The notes under the pieces were generated by a model. That model did no database searches. It saw nothing but the letters and a program-made list of their open reading frames with translations, and was not told where the DNA came from. Below, piece by piece: positions 9,626 through 22,508 of a stretch of DNA of 64,000 nt (the first letter of the stretch is position 1; the number at the start of each line of letters is the position of its first letter). The stretch comes from an uncultured Acidobacteriota bacterium. Lineage in GTDB: Bacteria; Acidobacteriota; Vicinamibacteria; Vicinamibacterales; UBA2999. A program made the translations under genes and the position numbers. The stretch covers positions 73,064 to 137,063 of the forward strand of contig CAVSKE010000028.1 in assembly GCA_963728305.1 (NCBI GenBank), given 5' to 3'.

Positions 9626-12561
9626 ATGCCTGACGCAACCAAGCCGCAGAAGGCTCGAAGTCCGCTCGTCGTGCGCGGCGCGCGGACCCACAACCTCAAG
9701 AACATCGACGTCACGCTGCCCTCGGGCAAGCTGATCATCATCACCGGTGTCAGCGGCTCGGGAAAGTCGTCGCTCGCCTTCGACACGATCTACGCCGAAG
9801 GGCAGCGGCGCTACGTCGAGTCGCTCTCCGCGTACGCCCGGCAGTTCCTCGAGCGGATGGAGAAGCCCGACGTCGATCGCATCGAGGGCATCTGTCCCGG
9901 CGATCGCGATCCGGCAGAAGAACAGCGTTCGCAACCCGCGCTCGACGGTCGGCACGACGACCGAGATCCACGACTACATGCGGCTGCTGTTCGCCCGCGT
10001 CGGCCGCACGTTCTGCCGTCAGTGCGGTCAGGAGGTGATTCGCGAGACGGCGGAAGTCGTGGCCAAGCGGCTGGGCGAGCTGCCGACCGGAACGCGGCTG
10101 CTGATGGGGTTCGAGCTGCCGGTCGTGGCGATGGCGGCGCCGAAGGCCGGCGCCGAGGCTGAGAACGGTGACGAGGGAGAGTCGACGAGGAAGAGACTCA
10201 CGACTCCAAACTCAAGCCTCAAGCTCTGCCGCTGACCGATCCGATCACCGAGACGCTCGAAGGCCTGCGCCGTCGCGGCTACGCGCGTCTGCTGATCGAC
10301 GGCCAGGCCGTCGGGTTCGACGAGGTCGATCGCGGCAGCGCTCAAGTCGCGCGCGACGCTCGAGGTCGTCGTCGATCGACTGCGCATCGAAGGCGACCTG
10401 CGCAGCCGGCTCACCGACTCGATCGAGACGTCCTATCGCGAGGGCGGCGGCGCCGCGTTCGCCGTCAACGCCGACACCGGCGAGCGCCTCGAGTTCTCCG
10501 AGCGCTTCGAGTGCCGGACCGTGCGGCATCGCCTACGAGACGCCGCAGCCACGGCTGTTCTCGTTCAACAACCCGTTCGGCGCGTGCCCGATCGTGTCAC
10601 GGCTTCGGCAACATCATCGAGCTCGACATGGAGCTCGTCGTGCCGGATCCGTCGAAGTCGATCAATCAGGGCGCGATCGAGCCGTGGAGCAAGCCGCACT
10701 ACCGGGCGCAGCTCGCCGAGCTGAAGCGCGCGGCGCGCAAGAAGGGCATCCGGCTCGACGTGCCGTGGAGCGACCTGACCGACGAGGAGCGCACGTTCGT
10801 CGTCGAGGGCGACCCTTCGAGGTCGGGACTACGAGGGCATCCGCGGGTTCTTCCGCTGGCTCGAGCGGAAGAAATACAAGGTGCACGTGCGCGTGTTCCT
10901 GAGCCGCTATCGCGGATATCTCGCCTGTCCGGATTGCGGCGGCGCGCGGCTGCGGCGCGAGGCGCGCAACGTCCGCGTCGGCGGACGCACGGTGGACGAG
11001 GTCTCGGCGCTGACCGTCGTCAGCGCGCAGAAGTTCTTCGCCGAGCTGCAGCTGAGTGAGAAGGAGTCGACGGTTGCCGACAAGGTGCTGCGCGAGATCC
11101 GTCGCCGGCTCTCGTTCCTCAGCGACGTCGGTCTCGACTACCTGACGCTCGACCGGCTCTCGTCCACGCTGTCGGGCGGCGAATCGCAGCGGATCAACCT
11201 GGCGACGTCGCTCGGCTCGGCGCTCGTCGGCACGCTGTACGTGCTGGACGAGCCGTCGATCGGCCTGCACGCGCGCGACAACCAGCGGCTCATCGACATC
11301 CTGCAGCAGCTCCGCGACCAGGGCAACACGGTCCTCGTCGTCGAGCACGACGAGGACATGATCCGCGTCGCCGATCACATCGTCGACATCGGACTCGGCG
11401 CCGGCGAGCAGGGCGGTCGCGTCGTGTATTCAGGCGACATGGCCGGTCTGCTGCAGGAGACGCGGTCGCTGACGGCGAAGTACCTGCGCAACGAGCTGGC
11501 GATCCCCGTGCCGTCGCCGCGGCGTCGAGGGACCGGGCAGAAGATCCGGCTCAAGGGCGCGACCGAGCACAACCTGAAGGGCGTGGACATCGAGATCCCG
11601 CTGAACACGATCACCTGCGTGACCGGCGTGAGCGGATCGGGCAAGTCCACGCTGGTGCACGACGTCCTCTATGCGGCGATCAAGCGGGCGAAGGGCGACT
11701 GGGATCGGCGGGTCGGCGCATTCCGCGACCTCGACGGGCTCGAATACATCACCGACGTGTCGCTCGTCGATCAGACGCCGATCGGACGGACGCCGCGGTC
11801 GAACCCGGTCACGTATCTCAAGGCGTTCGATCCGATTCGCGAGCTGTTCTCGCTGACCAAGGACGCCAAGGCGCGCGGGCTGACCGCGAGCCACTTCTCG
11901 TTCAACGTGCCCGGCGGCCGCTGCGAGGCGTGCCAGGGCGAGGGCGAAGTCCGCGTCGAGATGCAGTTCCTCGCCGACGTCTTCGTGCCGTGCGATCAGT
12001 GCGACGGCATGCGCTTCAAGCCGCAGATCCTCGAGGTGCGCTACCGCGGCAAGTCGGTGCACCAGGTGCTCGAGATGACCGTGCGCGAGGCGCTCACGTT
12101 CTTCAGCCAGTCGCCGAAGGTGCTTCGTCGCCTGCAGGTGCTCGACGAGATCGGGCTCGGCTATCTGCGCCTGGGGCAGCCGGCGACGACGCTGTCAGGC
12201 GGGGAAGCGCAGCGCATCAAGATCGCCGCGCACCTGGCGTCGTTCGGCGGCGAGCGCGTGCTCTACATCCTCGACGAGCCGACGACCGGGCTGCACTTCG
12301 ACGACATCGCCAAGCTGCTGGCGGCATTCCGCAAGCTGGTCGAGGCCGGGCACTCGCTGCTCGTCATCGAGCACAACCTCGATGTGATCAAGACGGCCGA
12401 CTACGTGATCGATCTCGGTCCGGAAGGCGGAGAAGCCGGCGGTCGAGTGGTCGCGAGCCGGCACGCCCGAGCAGCTGGCGCAGGTCGACGCGTCGCACAC
12501 CGGGCAGGCGCTCAGGCTCGTGCTGGCCACCGGACGCTCGAACGCGTACGCCGCGCGCTGA
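9626..12561 (+). CDS. uvrA: excinuclease ABC subunit A; frame-disrupted (about 5 indels)
   Basis: [99 protein letters not shown] and [12 protein letters not shown]. The centre (10881-12460) is intact. The last about 100 nt are read in another frame, ending at TGA 12559-12561. Confidence 0.95.
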
Positions 12562-12570
12562 CCTTGCGGG

Positions 12571-15299
12571 CTACTCGTGTCTGAGCGCCTGCGTCGGATC
12601 GAGTCGCGCGGCCCGGCGAGCCGGCACGAACACAGCGAGACCGGCGACGCCGACGAGCGATCGCGGTCGCCGACACCATCGTTGAGATGTCGAAGGGCTG
12701 AACACCGAACAGCTGGTTGCCGAGCAGTCGCGACCCGAAGGCCGCGAGCACCAAGCCCACCGCGGTGCCGATCGGTTACGATCCACAACGTTTGCCCCAT
12801 CACGAGCCGCAGAACGTCCGATCGCTGCGCACCGAGTGCCATGCGCACGCCGATTTCGCTCGTGCGTCGCTTCGCATCGTAGGACACCACGCCGTAGAGC
12901 CCGATACACGCCAGAAGAAGGCCGATCGCTCCAGACGCCGCGGTCAGCGCGGCGAACAGTGCGCGGATCGCGGATGGTCTCGGCGATCTGTTCTTCCTGA
13001 GTGCGCACCCGGATCATCGGCAGGGCGGGATCGATCCTGTGGATCGCGGCGCGAACGCCGGCGGTCAGGGCGAGTGCATCGCCCGCGGTTCGGACTTCGA
13101 CTGTCATCCGTCGTGGCGGGATCTGGGTGTAGGGCATGAAGAAGGTTGCCGGAGCCGGCTCGCTCAGTCTGCGAGTACTTGGCATCGCGCACGACGCCGA
13201 CAACCAGAATGGGGATGTCGCGTTCGCGGCCGTTGACGAACTGAAACCGTCGTCCGATGGGGGAGCCGTCCTCGAACACCTGCCCGCGCCATGGCTTCGT
13301 TGACCACGGCCACGCGCGGAGCTTCGCTGGTGTCGCCTGCCTGGAGGCTCCGGCCGGCCATGAGCGGCATGCCGAGGGTCTCGAAGAAGTTCCAGCGGAC
13401 CGACTGCATGTGGACCTCTCGTGGAGTGCCCGAGCGTTCGGCCTGGACCGTCTCGGTCCACTGGCTGCGCGCGACGACGGGCATTGCCGACAGCGTGACC
13501 GACTGCACACCAGGCACCGCCTCGATCGCACCGACCAGGCGTTCGTACAGATCGCACGACGCCACTGGGTTCGCTGACCGACGAACTGGGATCGATTTGA
13601 AACACCAGCAGGTTGCGCGCATCGAACCCGACGTCGACCTGGCTGTAGTTGTAGAGCGTTCGGACGAACAGTCCGGCGACGACGAGCAGTACCAGGCTGG
13701 CGGCAATCTGCACGCCGATCAGGGTCCGCGCCATCAGGGCGCGCTGTCCCCCTGAGCGTGCGGCTTGCCTTGAGCCAGGGCATCGCACCGACGCGCGTCG
13801 CGCGCAGCGCGTGGCCGACACCAAACACGAGTGCGGTGACGGTGGTGAGTCCGGCGGCGAAGGCCAGCGCGCGGAGATCGATAGCCGTCGCGAGAACGAC
13901 ATCGTCCTCGAACATCCTCGGCAGCGCGTCGTTCGCCCACGAGGCGAGTGCCAGACCGGCAGCCGCGCCCGCCGCCGCCAGCACCAGGCTTTCTGACAAG
14001 CAGCTGTCGAATCAACCTGGCTCGACTGGCGCCGAGCGCGAGCCTCACGGTCATTTCCTGACGCCGGTTCGCGGCTCGCACCAGCAGCAGGCTGGCCACG
14101 TTGACGCACGCAATGAGCAGCACGATTCCCGTGACGGCGAACAGGAATGGTGAGACTGTTTCGCGCCATCGGCGAAGGACCGTCCGGACCCTGACTCCCG
14201 GACATGACACGCATGATCGGCATCCCGCTCCGCCCCGGGTCGCGTGTTTCCGGCGCGCGAGCGCCCCAGCTCGTGACGACGGTCTCGTTGAAGATCGGCT
14301 GGAGCTCGGTGAAGCACCTGCTCCCGGGTGACGCCCGGTTTCAGCCGGCCCATGACCAGGAGCCACCAACTCGCAACCGAGCGTGGTTGACGCGTCGGCG
14401 AGAGTCGATCTGACATCGCGAGAGGCAGGCTCAGATCGACTGTCTCGGTCAATTCCGTGCCGTGAAAGGTTTCCGGCGTGACACCGACGATGGTGAACGT
14501 CGTCCGGTTCACGCGGATCGTCTTGCCGATGATGGCAGTGTCGCCGAGAAACCGACGCTGCCAGTAGCGATGACTGACTACGGCTGCGGGTTCAGCGTCG
14601 GGCCGATCGTCTGATGGTCCGAGGGTTCGGCCCAGCGCAGCTGGGACGCCCAGCCCGTCGAAGTAGGTTCCGCTTACGACTTGCGCCGAGGCAATCTCCG
14701 CGCTGTCATCAGTGGCGACGGTCACCGAGCCGAGCGACGCGAACGCGAATACGTGAGAGAGCGTGGTCGCGTGATCGCGAAAGCGTTCGAAGGTCAGCAT
14801 CGAGAAGGAGGTGCGGCGGCTGGTGCCGCCTGGCCCGGGCCGGCCGCTCCCCGAGTAGCTCGCCACCATGCTGTCGCGCTGCTGCAGAGTGTCGAACGCC
14901 ACCAGGTCCTGGGGATTCTTGACCGGCAGCGTGCCCAGAAACATCGCATCCACGACGCTGAACACGGCGGTGTTGGCGCCGATGCCAATCGCGAGAATGC
15001 CGATCGCGGCGGCCGAGAAGCCGATGTTCTTGATCAGCGCCCGGTGGGCGAAACGCAGGTCGCCGCGGAAATCGTCAATCAGACGCAAGCCCGAGGCTCG
15101 CCCGGCCCTCTTCCTTGTATTTTTCGATCGAGCCGAACTCGATGCGTGCCCGACGGATGGCTTCGGCCCGGGACAGGCCGAGGCGGGACATGAGATCGGT
15201 CGCGCGGGCGTCGATGTGAAACGACAGCTCGTCGGCCATCTGTCGCTCGACGTCGCCGCGACGGAACAGCCTGCGCCAGAAGGAGCGAAGCCTGCGCAT
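12571..15299 (-). CDS. ADOP-family duplicated ABC-transporter permease (MacB/FtsX-like); frame-disrupted
   Basis: Starts [30 protein letters not shown] (ATG at 15299). The protein continues through at least 8 ORF-track pieces and ends [28 protein letters not shown]. Confidence 0.85.
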
Positions 15300-15300
15300 G

Positions 15301-15634
15301 TCACGCCTCCTGTGCTTTGCAGGGCGGCGTTCACGGCACCGGCGCTGACGGTCCATCGTTCGGTCTCGGCCTTCAGCCGCTTCCGACCTGCCGCCGTCAA
15401 TGAGTAGAACTTCGCCTTCCGGTTGTTGTCCGACGTGCCCCACTCGGTGTCGAGCAGTCCCTGTTCTTCGAGCCGGTAGAGCGCGGGATACAACGCACCC
15501 TGCTCGACGAGCAGCGCGCCACCGGTGATCTGCTCGATGCGCAGCAGGACGCCGTAGCCGTGCTCGGCGCGCAGCGATACGGCCTTGAGGATCAGCAGGT
15601 CCAGGGTGCCGGGCAATAGCTCCGCACGTCGCAT
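15301..15634 (-). CDS. PadR-family transcriptional regulator (3' end unresolved)
   Basis: LPGTLDLLILKAVSLRAEHGYGVLLRIEQITGGALLVEQGALYPALYRLEEQGLL. As assembled it runs on in frame into the permease. A GTGACATG junction at 15297-15304 suggests the usual stop/start overlap was lost to an indel. Confidence 0.85.
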
Positions 15635-15663
15635 GTCGTCTCTCCTAACTGAACTAGGGGACG

Positions 15664-15692
15664 AGGGTAGACCGTCTGTCCTAAGCTGTCAA
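15664..15692 (-). promoter_or_regulatory. candidate sigma70-type promoter of the padR-permease operon
   Basis: On the minus strand: TTGACA, a 17-nt spacer, then TACCCT, about 30 nt upstream of the PadR ATG. Confidence 0.35.
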
Positions 15693-15761
15693 GGAGTGTC
15701 AGGCGAGTGTCTCCCGCGCGCGTTTGTTCGGCCGACGCTCTCAGAACGCATACGTAGCGCG

Positions 15762-17368
15762 CTAGCTCTCGAGTTCGGCCGATCGTCGCCGCGCTCGTGC
15801 CACGAGGCCTGACGGCGCTCCGTGAAGCTCCAGCAACGCGATTGCGTTTCGCGTCGTCCCGGGTCCCTCGCGCAAGCGGTATCGAAGACGAGCCCCTCGG
15901 GCCCCATGCGATCCGCGAAGTGAAAAGGCGCGTAGAGATCCTGGAGCAGGTTGACGACCTCGACGTCGTGTGTTGCGGTGACGACCAGATGCGGGGTTTC
16001 CGCGAACTCCCTCAGCGTCGCCTCGCTCGCGGCGATTCGCTCGATTGCATTCGTCCCGCGGAACAGTTCGTCGAAGAGAAACAGGTGCCTCTCGGCGGAG
16101 CGGCTGGCACGCAGTGCGTCCAACACACCGAGCACTTCGTCGAGGTAGTAGCTTCGTCCTTCAACGACGTTGTCCCGGCGCCCGATGCAGCTGCGAACGA
16201 TGAGTGACGGCGCGAGGTACGCCGAAGCCGGACAGGTGTTGATGGTCCTGCTGAGCACTGCTGCCAGACCAAGGGCCCTCAAGAAAGTGGACTTGCCGGA
16301 CATGTTCGAGCCGGTAATCAGGACACCGTTCGGTGGCGCCAGGTCGATTGAATTGGGAACGCCGTCGGGCAGTAAAGGGTGGCGCAAGTCGCGAATCTTG
16401 ATCGCTGCTCCGGGCTGAACGGCCGGCCGCGCCCATGTCGTCTCGCCGGCCCGGTACGATGCCACAGCGATCGCGGCGTCGATCTCGCCGACGGCAGCCA
16501 ACGTGTGCTCCAAAGCCGCACCATGCCTCCGAAGCTGGACAGCGCCAAAGAGCAACGCGTTGGCATCCAGCAGCAGGACGGAATTGAGCAGCTCGATCAC
16601 CGCGCCAGACAACGGATCCATCGCAAACGAATCTCGGGCCAGCCATCCCGACAAGAGACGCAGTTGGGACAGCTGTGGCAGATTGACACGCAGCGCTCCG
16701 GTGAGTGCCTCGGTGTCGGCGCTATGAAGCGCGCGAACGGCGTACGCCGTGGCCAGGAGTGGCCCGATGTACCGAAAGGCATCGATCACGCCACCGATAC
16801 GCTTCGCAGTGGCGATTCGTAGCACCAGACACGTCGGCCCAATGACTGCCAGGGCTAGGAGGACCTGTGGCCACGCCAACGCAGACAGGACCGCGAGCGC
16901 CACAACGAAGAACGTGAGAATCGGAAACACCACATGCCAAGCGCGGACATCGATCGAGCCAGGTTGCGCCAGCGCCCAGACGTGATACCCGGAGGCTGCT
17001 GCCAATCGTGAGAGCGCGATCTGGCACCGCTCGCGGAGCGGGTTATCCGATGACAACCTCGCGACGAGCGACTCGAACGCCGGGAGCGTGTTCACGGCCG
17101 AAAACGAACGGAGACGGTGATACAGCTGCTGCTGGCCGACGCTGCTTTCCGTCCGGTCGAGAGCGGAGAACACATCGTCAAGATCGAGGTCATCCCACGT
17201 ACGCTGGTCCAGTGAATCGTGGGGACGTGACGACGTCAGTGCGACGTGATAGGAAGCTATTGCCGGCAGGTCGCGCGATCGAGCGCGGGACGTCCCCCAT
17301 TCCAAGCGCACGCGAGCGAGGACCTGACGTTTGCGCCACCATTCCAGTAATGCTTGAATGGTTGCCAA
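15762..17368 (-). CDS. membrane-anchored MutS-related ATPase (domain V only); one frameshift near 15880
   Basis: Hydrophobic N-terminal half. C-terminal Walker A GSNMSGKSTFLRALG and Walker B LFLFDELFRGTN, then VVTATHD. Restoring one T (GAT-ACC to GAT-TAC-C) gives the family-typical end YRLREGPGTTRNAIALLE with a stop at 15762. Confidence 0.8.
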
Positions 17369-17414
17369 CAGGAGGATCCCGACGAGAATCGCGAGCCCGA
17401 GCGTGGAGAGATCG

Positions 17415-18044
17415 ATGCGTCGAATACTAGCCCAAGAGCTTCCACGCTCTTTCTACAATCGCCCGACGCTCGACGTCACCGCAGCTCTGATCGGGAAGGT
17501 TCTGGTTCACGAGACCCGGGCGGGTCGGGCTGCCGGGATGATCGTCGAGGCCGAGGCCTACATCGGCGAGGACGATCCGGCGTGCCACGCGGCGCCAGGC
17601 CCGACGACACGCAACGAGCCGCTCTACGGACCGCCGGGCGTCGCCTACGTCTATCTCAACTACGGGATGCACTACCTCGTGAATGCGGTGACCGAAGCCA
17701 AGGGTGCGCCGGCGGCGGTGCTGATTCGCGCGCTCGCGCCGCTCGACGGCATCCCGTTGATGACGAAGCGACGGGTGCATGGCAGGCGTCCATTCACGAG
17801 GCCGATCTGTGTCGCGGGCCCGGGCAACCTGACCAAGGCGCTGGGCATCACGCTCAAGGAGAATCGGCTCGATCTCACGAACAGCCGCCTGTGGATTGAG
17901 GATCGCGGCCTCGCGCTGGCCGACTGCAGTTGGGGCACACGCATCGGCATCACGCGCGGTGCTGAGCGGCCGTGGCGATGCTGGGCGACCGGCCACGTGT
18001 CGTGTCTGGCGCACACGGATAAAATAGAAGGCTCACATGGGTAA
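17415..18044 (+). CDS. mpg: DNA-3-methyladenine glycosylase (Mpg/AAG family)
   Basis: [21 protein letters not shown]..., [19 protein letters not shown] and [17 protein letters not shown]. The ATG at 17415 lies 46 bp from the divergent MutS-like start. Confidence 0.85.
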   Translation: MRRILAQELPRSFYNRPTLDVTAALIGKVLVHETRAGRAAGMIVEAEAYIGEDDPACHAAPGPTTRNEPLYGPPGVAYVYLNYGMHYLVNAVTEAKGAPAAVLIRALAPLDGIPLMTKRRVHGRRPFTRPICVAGPGNLTKALGITLKENRLDLTNSRLWIEDRGLALADCSWGTRIGITRGAERPWRCWATGHVSCLAHTDKIEGSHG

Positions 18045-19442
18045 AACACTCCTGCAGAAGGTGTGGGATCTCCACACGGTCCGGCAGCTGCCGACGCGGG
18101 CAGACGCAGCTCTTCATCGGCCTGCACCTGGTTCACGAGGTGACGACGCCGCAGGCGTTCGACGAGCTGCGCGCCCGCGGCTGGAAGGTGGCGCGCCCGG
18201 ATCGCACGTTCGCGACGACCGATCACATCATCCCGACGCAGAGCCGGCAGCGGCCGTTTCTCGACGTCATGGCCGAGGACATGCTGGCCTCGCTCGAGCG
18301 CAACGTGCCGCGACTTCGGCATCCGCTTCGCCGGTCTCGACGACGACCGTCAGGGCATCGTGCACGTGATCGGTCCCGAGCTCGGTCTGACGCAGCCCGG
18401 GATGACGATCGCCTGCGGCGACAGCCACACGTCGACACACGGCGCGTTCGGTGCCGTCGCCTTCGGCATCGGCACGTCGCAGGTGCGCGACGTGCTCGCG
18501 TCGCAGTGTCTGGCGATGGAGCCGATGAAGGTCCGCCGCATCCGTGTCACCGGCACCCTCGCCAAGGGCGTGTATGCCAAGGACGTCGTGCTCACGATCA
18601 TTCAGCGGCTCGGCGTGCGCGGCGGCACCGGCTACGCGTACGAGTACGCCGGCGACACCATCGAGCGCATGTCGATGGACGAGCGGATGACGATCTGCAA
18701 CATGTCGATCGAAGGCGGCGCGCGCGTCGGCTACGTCAACCCCGATGAGACGACGTTCGAGTACATGAAGGGCCGTCCGTTCGCGCCAGTCGGCGACGCG
18801 TTCGAGCGGGCGAAGGCCTGGTGGCAATCGATGGCCTCCGATCGCGATGCCTCGTACGACGACGACGTCGAGATGCGGGCCGAGGAGCTGACGCCGGTCG
18901 TCACCTGGGGAGTGAATCCGGACAGTCGATTGGCGTCGACGGCCGTGTGCCGACGCCCGAGAGCCGCGGGCAGCGATCGAGCAGGCGGTGACCGATGCGC
19001 TCGACTACATGGGGCTTCGGCCCGGGCAGCCGATTGCCGGGATGAAGGTGGACGTGGCGTTCATCGGGTCGTGCACCAACAGCCGGCTGTCCGATCTGCG
19101 AGAGGCCGCACGCATCGTGCGCGGCCATCATGTCGCGCCGCACGTCAAGGCGCTGGTCGTGCCCGGGTCGGTGTCGGTCAGCCGCGCGGCGGAGCAGCGA
19201 AGGCCTCGCCGAGATCTTCCGGGCGGCGGGGTTCGAGTGGCGCGGCGCCGGCTGCTCGATGTGCCTCGGCATGAATCCGGACAAGCTCGAAGGCAATCAG
19301 GTCTGCGCGGCCTCGTCCAATCGCAATTTCAAGGGCCGGCAGGGCAGTCCGACCGGCCGCACGCTGCTGATGAGCCCGGCGATGGTCGCCGCCGCGGCGC
19401 TGACCGGCGAGGTCACCGACGTGCGGAAGGCTCGTCAACTGA
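18037..19442 (+). CDS. leuC: 3-isopropylmalate dehydratase large subunit; frame-disrupted
   Basis: [62 protein letters not shown] and [11 protein letters not shown] occur in 4-5 frame pieces. The corrected end ..KLVN-TGA would overlap the leuD ATG at 19442. Confidence 0.9.
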
Positions 19443-20048
19443 TGCGGACGATCACTGGCGTCGTCGGGCCGCGGCGTGCCGCTGCGCGGCAACGACATCG
19501 ACACCGATCGCATCATGCCGGCGCGGTTCCTCCGCGCGATCACCTTCGACGGCCTCGAGACAGCACGTCTTCGAGGACGATCGCAAGAGCGGCGGCAGCA
19601 TCCGTATCGACCGGCACCCGTTCGACGTCTCAGCTTTCAGGGCGCGTCGGTGCTGGTCGTGAACTCGAACTTCGGCTGCGGCTCGTCGCGCGAGCACGCG
19701 CCGCAGGGACTCCAGCGCTGGGGCATCAACGCCGATCGTCGGCGAGTCGTTCGCGGAGATCTTCTTCGGCAACTCACTGATGATCGGTCTGCCGTGCGTG
19801 ACCGCGTCGCCGGATGACGTGCGGACGCTGCAGGACCTGATCGAGCGACAGTCCTGACACCGAGGTCCGCATCGATCTCGTCGCCGGCACCTGCGTCGCC
19901 GGCGACCTGCGCGTGAACGGTCTCGATTCCTCCGAACGCCCGCGACGCGCTCGTCACCGGCGCGTGGGACACGACGGGCCTGCTGCTGGATCGCTACGAC
20001 GAGGTCGACGCCGCGTCGACGCGGCTGCCGTACGTCAGCGGCTTCTGA
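19442..20048 (+). CDS. leuD: 3-isopropylmalate dehydratase small subunit; frame-disrupted
   Basis: [15 protein letters not shown] and [20 protein letters not shown], with the end [32 protein letters not shown] recovered from a third frame. Confidence 0.85.
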
Positions 20049-20056
20049 CGCCCGTA

Positions 20057-20100
20057 GGGCGGGTCCTCTGGACCGACCTGGCGGGTCCAAAGGACCCGCC
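20057..20100. terminator. twin GC-rich hairpins between convergent leuD and the LysR gene
   Basis: GGCGGGTCC-AAA-GGACCCGCC (20080-20100, perfect 9 bp) is preceded by the imperfect copy GGGCGGGTCC-TCT-GGACCGACC. Confidence 0.6.
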
Positions 20101-20101
20101 G

Positions 20102-21028
20102 CTACGCAGATACCTCGCGTTTCCGCGGTCTCCAGCGCGGCCTTCGCTGGATGCTTCTCGTCGAGCAGACCGAGAAACGCCGCCGACGCGTGCGAGCGCT
20201 CGCCGCTCTTGCGGAAGATCAGCCGCACCTGACGACGGAGCCGGATCTCCGGCATGGCGAGCGCGACGAGATCGCCGCGCGCGATCTCCGACTCGGCGCA
20301 GCGGCGCGGCAGCAGCGCCACGCCCATCTGCATCGCGACGGCGCGCTTGATGCCCTTCGAGGCTCGGCAGCGACACCAGGATGTTGGCCGGGATGTGATG
20401 TTGCTCGAAGAGCCGCAGCACGCGGTCGCGGACGTGCGACGGGTCGTTGTGCGCGATCACGGTCTGGCGCGCGCACTCCGAGAGCGTGACCTCCTTGCTG
20501 TGGGCCAGCGCGTGCGAGGGATGCACGAGCATCACGAGCTCGTCCTGTCCGAGCACCATCGCGCCGAGGCCCGGGCTCGGCCGGCTGAAACGTGAGGACG
20601 CCGAAGTCGAGGCTGCCCTGCGCGACCTCGGCGCCGACCTGACGCGCCGGAATGCGGCGCACGTCCACGTGCACCAGCGGGTGGGCCTGTCTGAAGCGCG
20701 CGATGATCGGCAGCACGACGTGCACCGACGCTTCGTTGGCGCCGATCAGGACGCGGCCGCGCCGCAGGTCGCGCAGGTCCTTGACCGCGCCTTCGGCTTC
20801 CTCGGACAGGCGGAGCAGACGCTCGGCGTAGTCGCGCAGCAGCCGGCCGGCGTCGGTCAGGGAGGCGTCCTTGGTGGCGCGGTCGAACAGCCGCTCGCCG
20901 ACGTTCTCCTCGAGACGGCGGACGGCCTGGCTGACCGCCGGCTGCGTCCGGTGCAGTTTCATGGCTGCCCGCGAGAAGCTGCGTTCGGTGGCGACCTTCA
21001 GAAAGACGCGTAATTCGCTGAGTTCCAC
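20102..21028 (-). CDS. LysR-family transcriptional regulator; frame-disrupted
   Basis: The HTH is MELSELRVFLKVATERSFSRAAMKLHRTQPAVSQAVRRLEE. The co-inducer domain is pieced from 3 frames. A stop at 20102 is reached only after a last frame change. Confidence 0.85.
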
Positions 21029-21077
21029 GGCGGTCGAGCTGGACGGGATGGAGCCCGCTAGTATATAAGCAATCCTG

Positions 21078-21090
21078 ATTCAAACAGAAT
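21078..21090. promoter_or_regulatory. candidate LysR-type dyad (ATTC-N5-GAAT) in the lysR/leuA divergent region
   Basis: An interrupted palindrome sits in an unusually AT-rich 125-bp intergenic region. TTGACT at 21103 may be the leuA -35. Confidence 0.3.
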
Positions 21091-21154
21091 AATTATCATT
21101 TTGACTTCTCGGCTGAGTGGTCGCGTTTACTGGCATGAGGGGAGAGTTCCGCAC

Positions 21155-22422
<1,268 letters not shown>

Positions 22423-22430
22423 CGTCGTAA

Positions 22431-22508
22431 TCGCAAAATTCGCAGATTCAAAACTGCAAACGCTGAGTGCGAAGCACCGTTTACATTTTGCCTTTTGCAT
22501 TTTGAATC
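22431..22508. repeat. inverted array of short tandem repeats (GCAAAA-type / TTTTGC-type)
   Basis: The right arm has three exact-period heptamers (ATTTTGC CTTTTGC ATTTTGA, TTTTG at 22486/22493/22500). The left arm has degenerate complements. GATTCAAAACTGCAAA pairs with TTTGCATTTTGAATC. It lies between convergent leuA and mscS. Confidence 0.7.

Noticed and set aside
14051-15634. PadR-permease fusion protein (527-aa ORF). Likewise S1-IHF (40918..43140, 740 aa) and HIT-ACAD (43314..44732, 472 aa).
   Set aside because: In each case the downstream partner has its own conserved N-terminus and, for ihfB, its own SD and start. The fusions arise only because a stop codon is out of frame in the assembly.
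21029-21154. Leucine leader-peptide attenuator upstream of leuA
   Set aside because: The AT-rich region contains no small ORF with consecutive Leu codons. A divergent LysR regulator and a dyad are a better fit.
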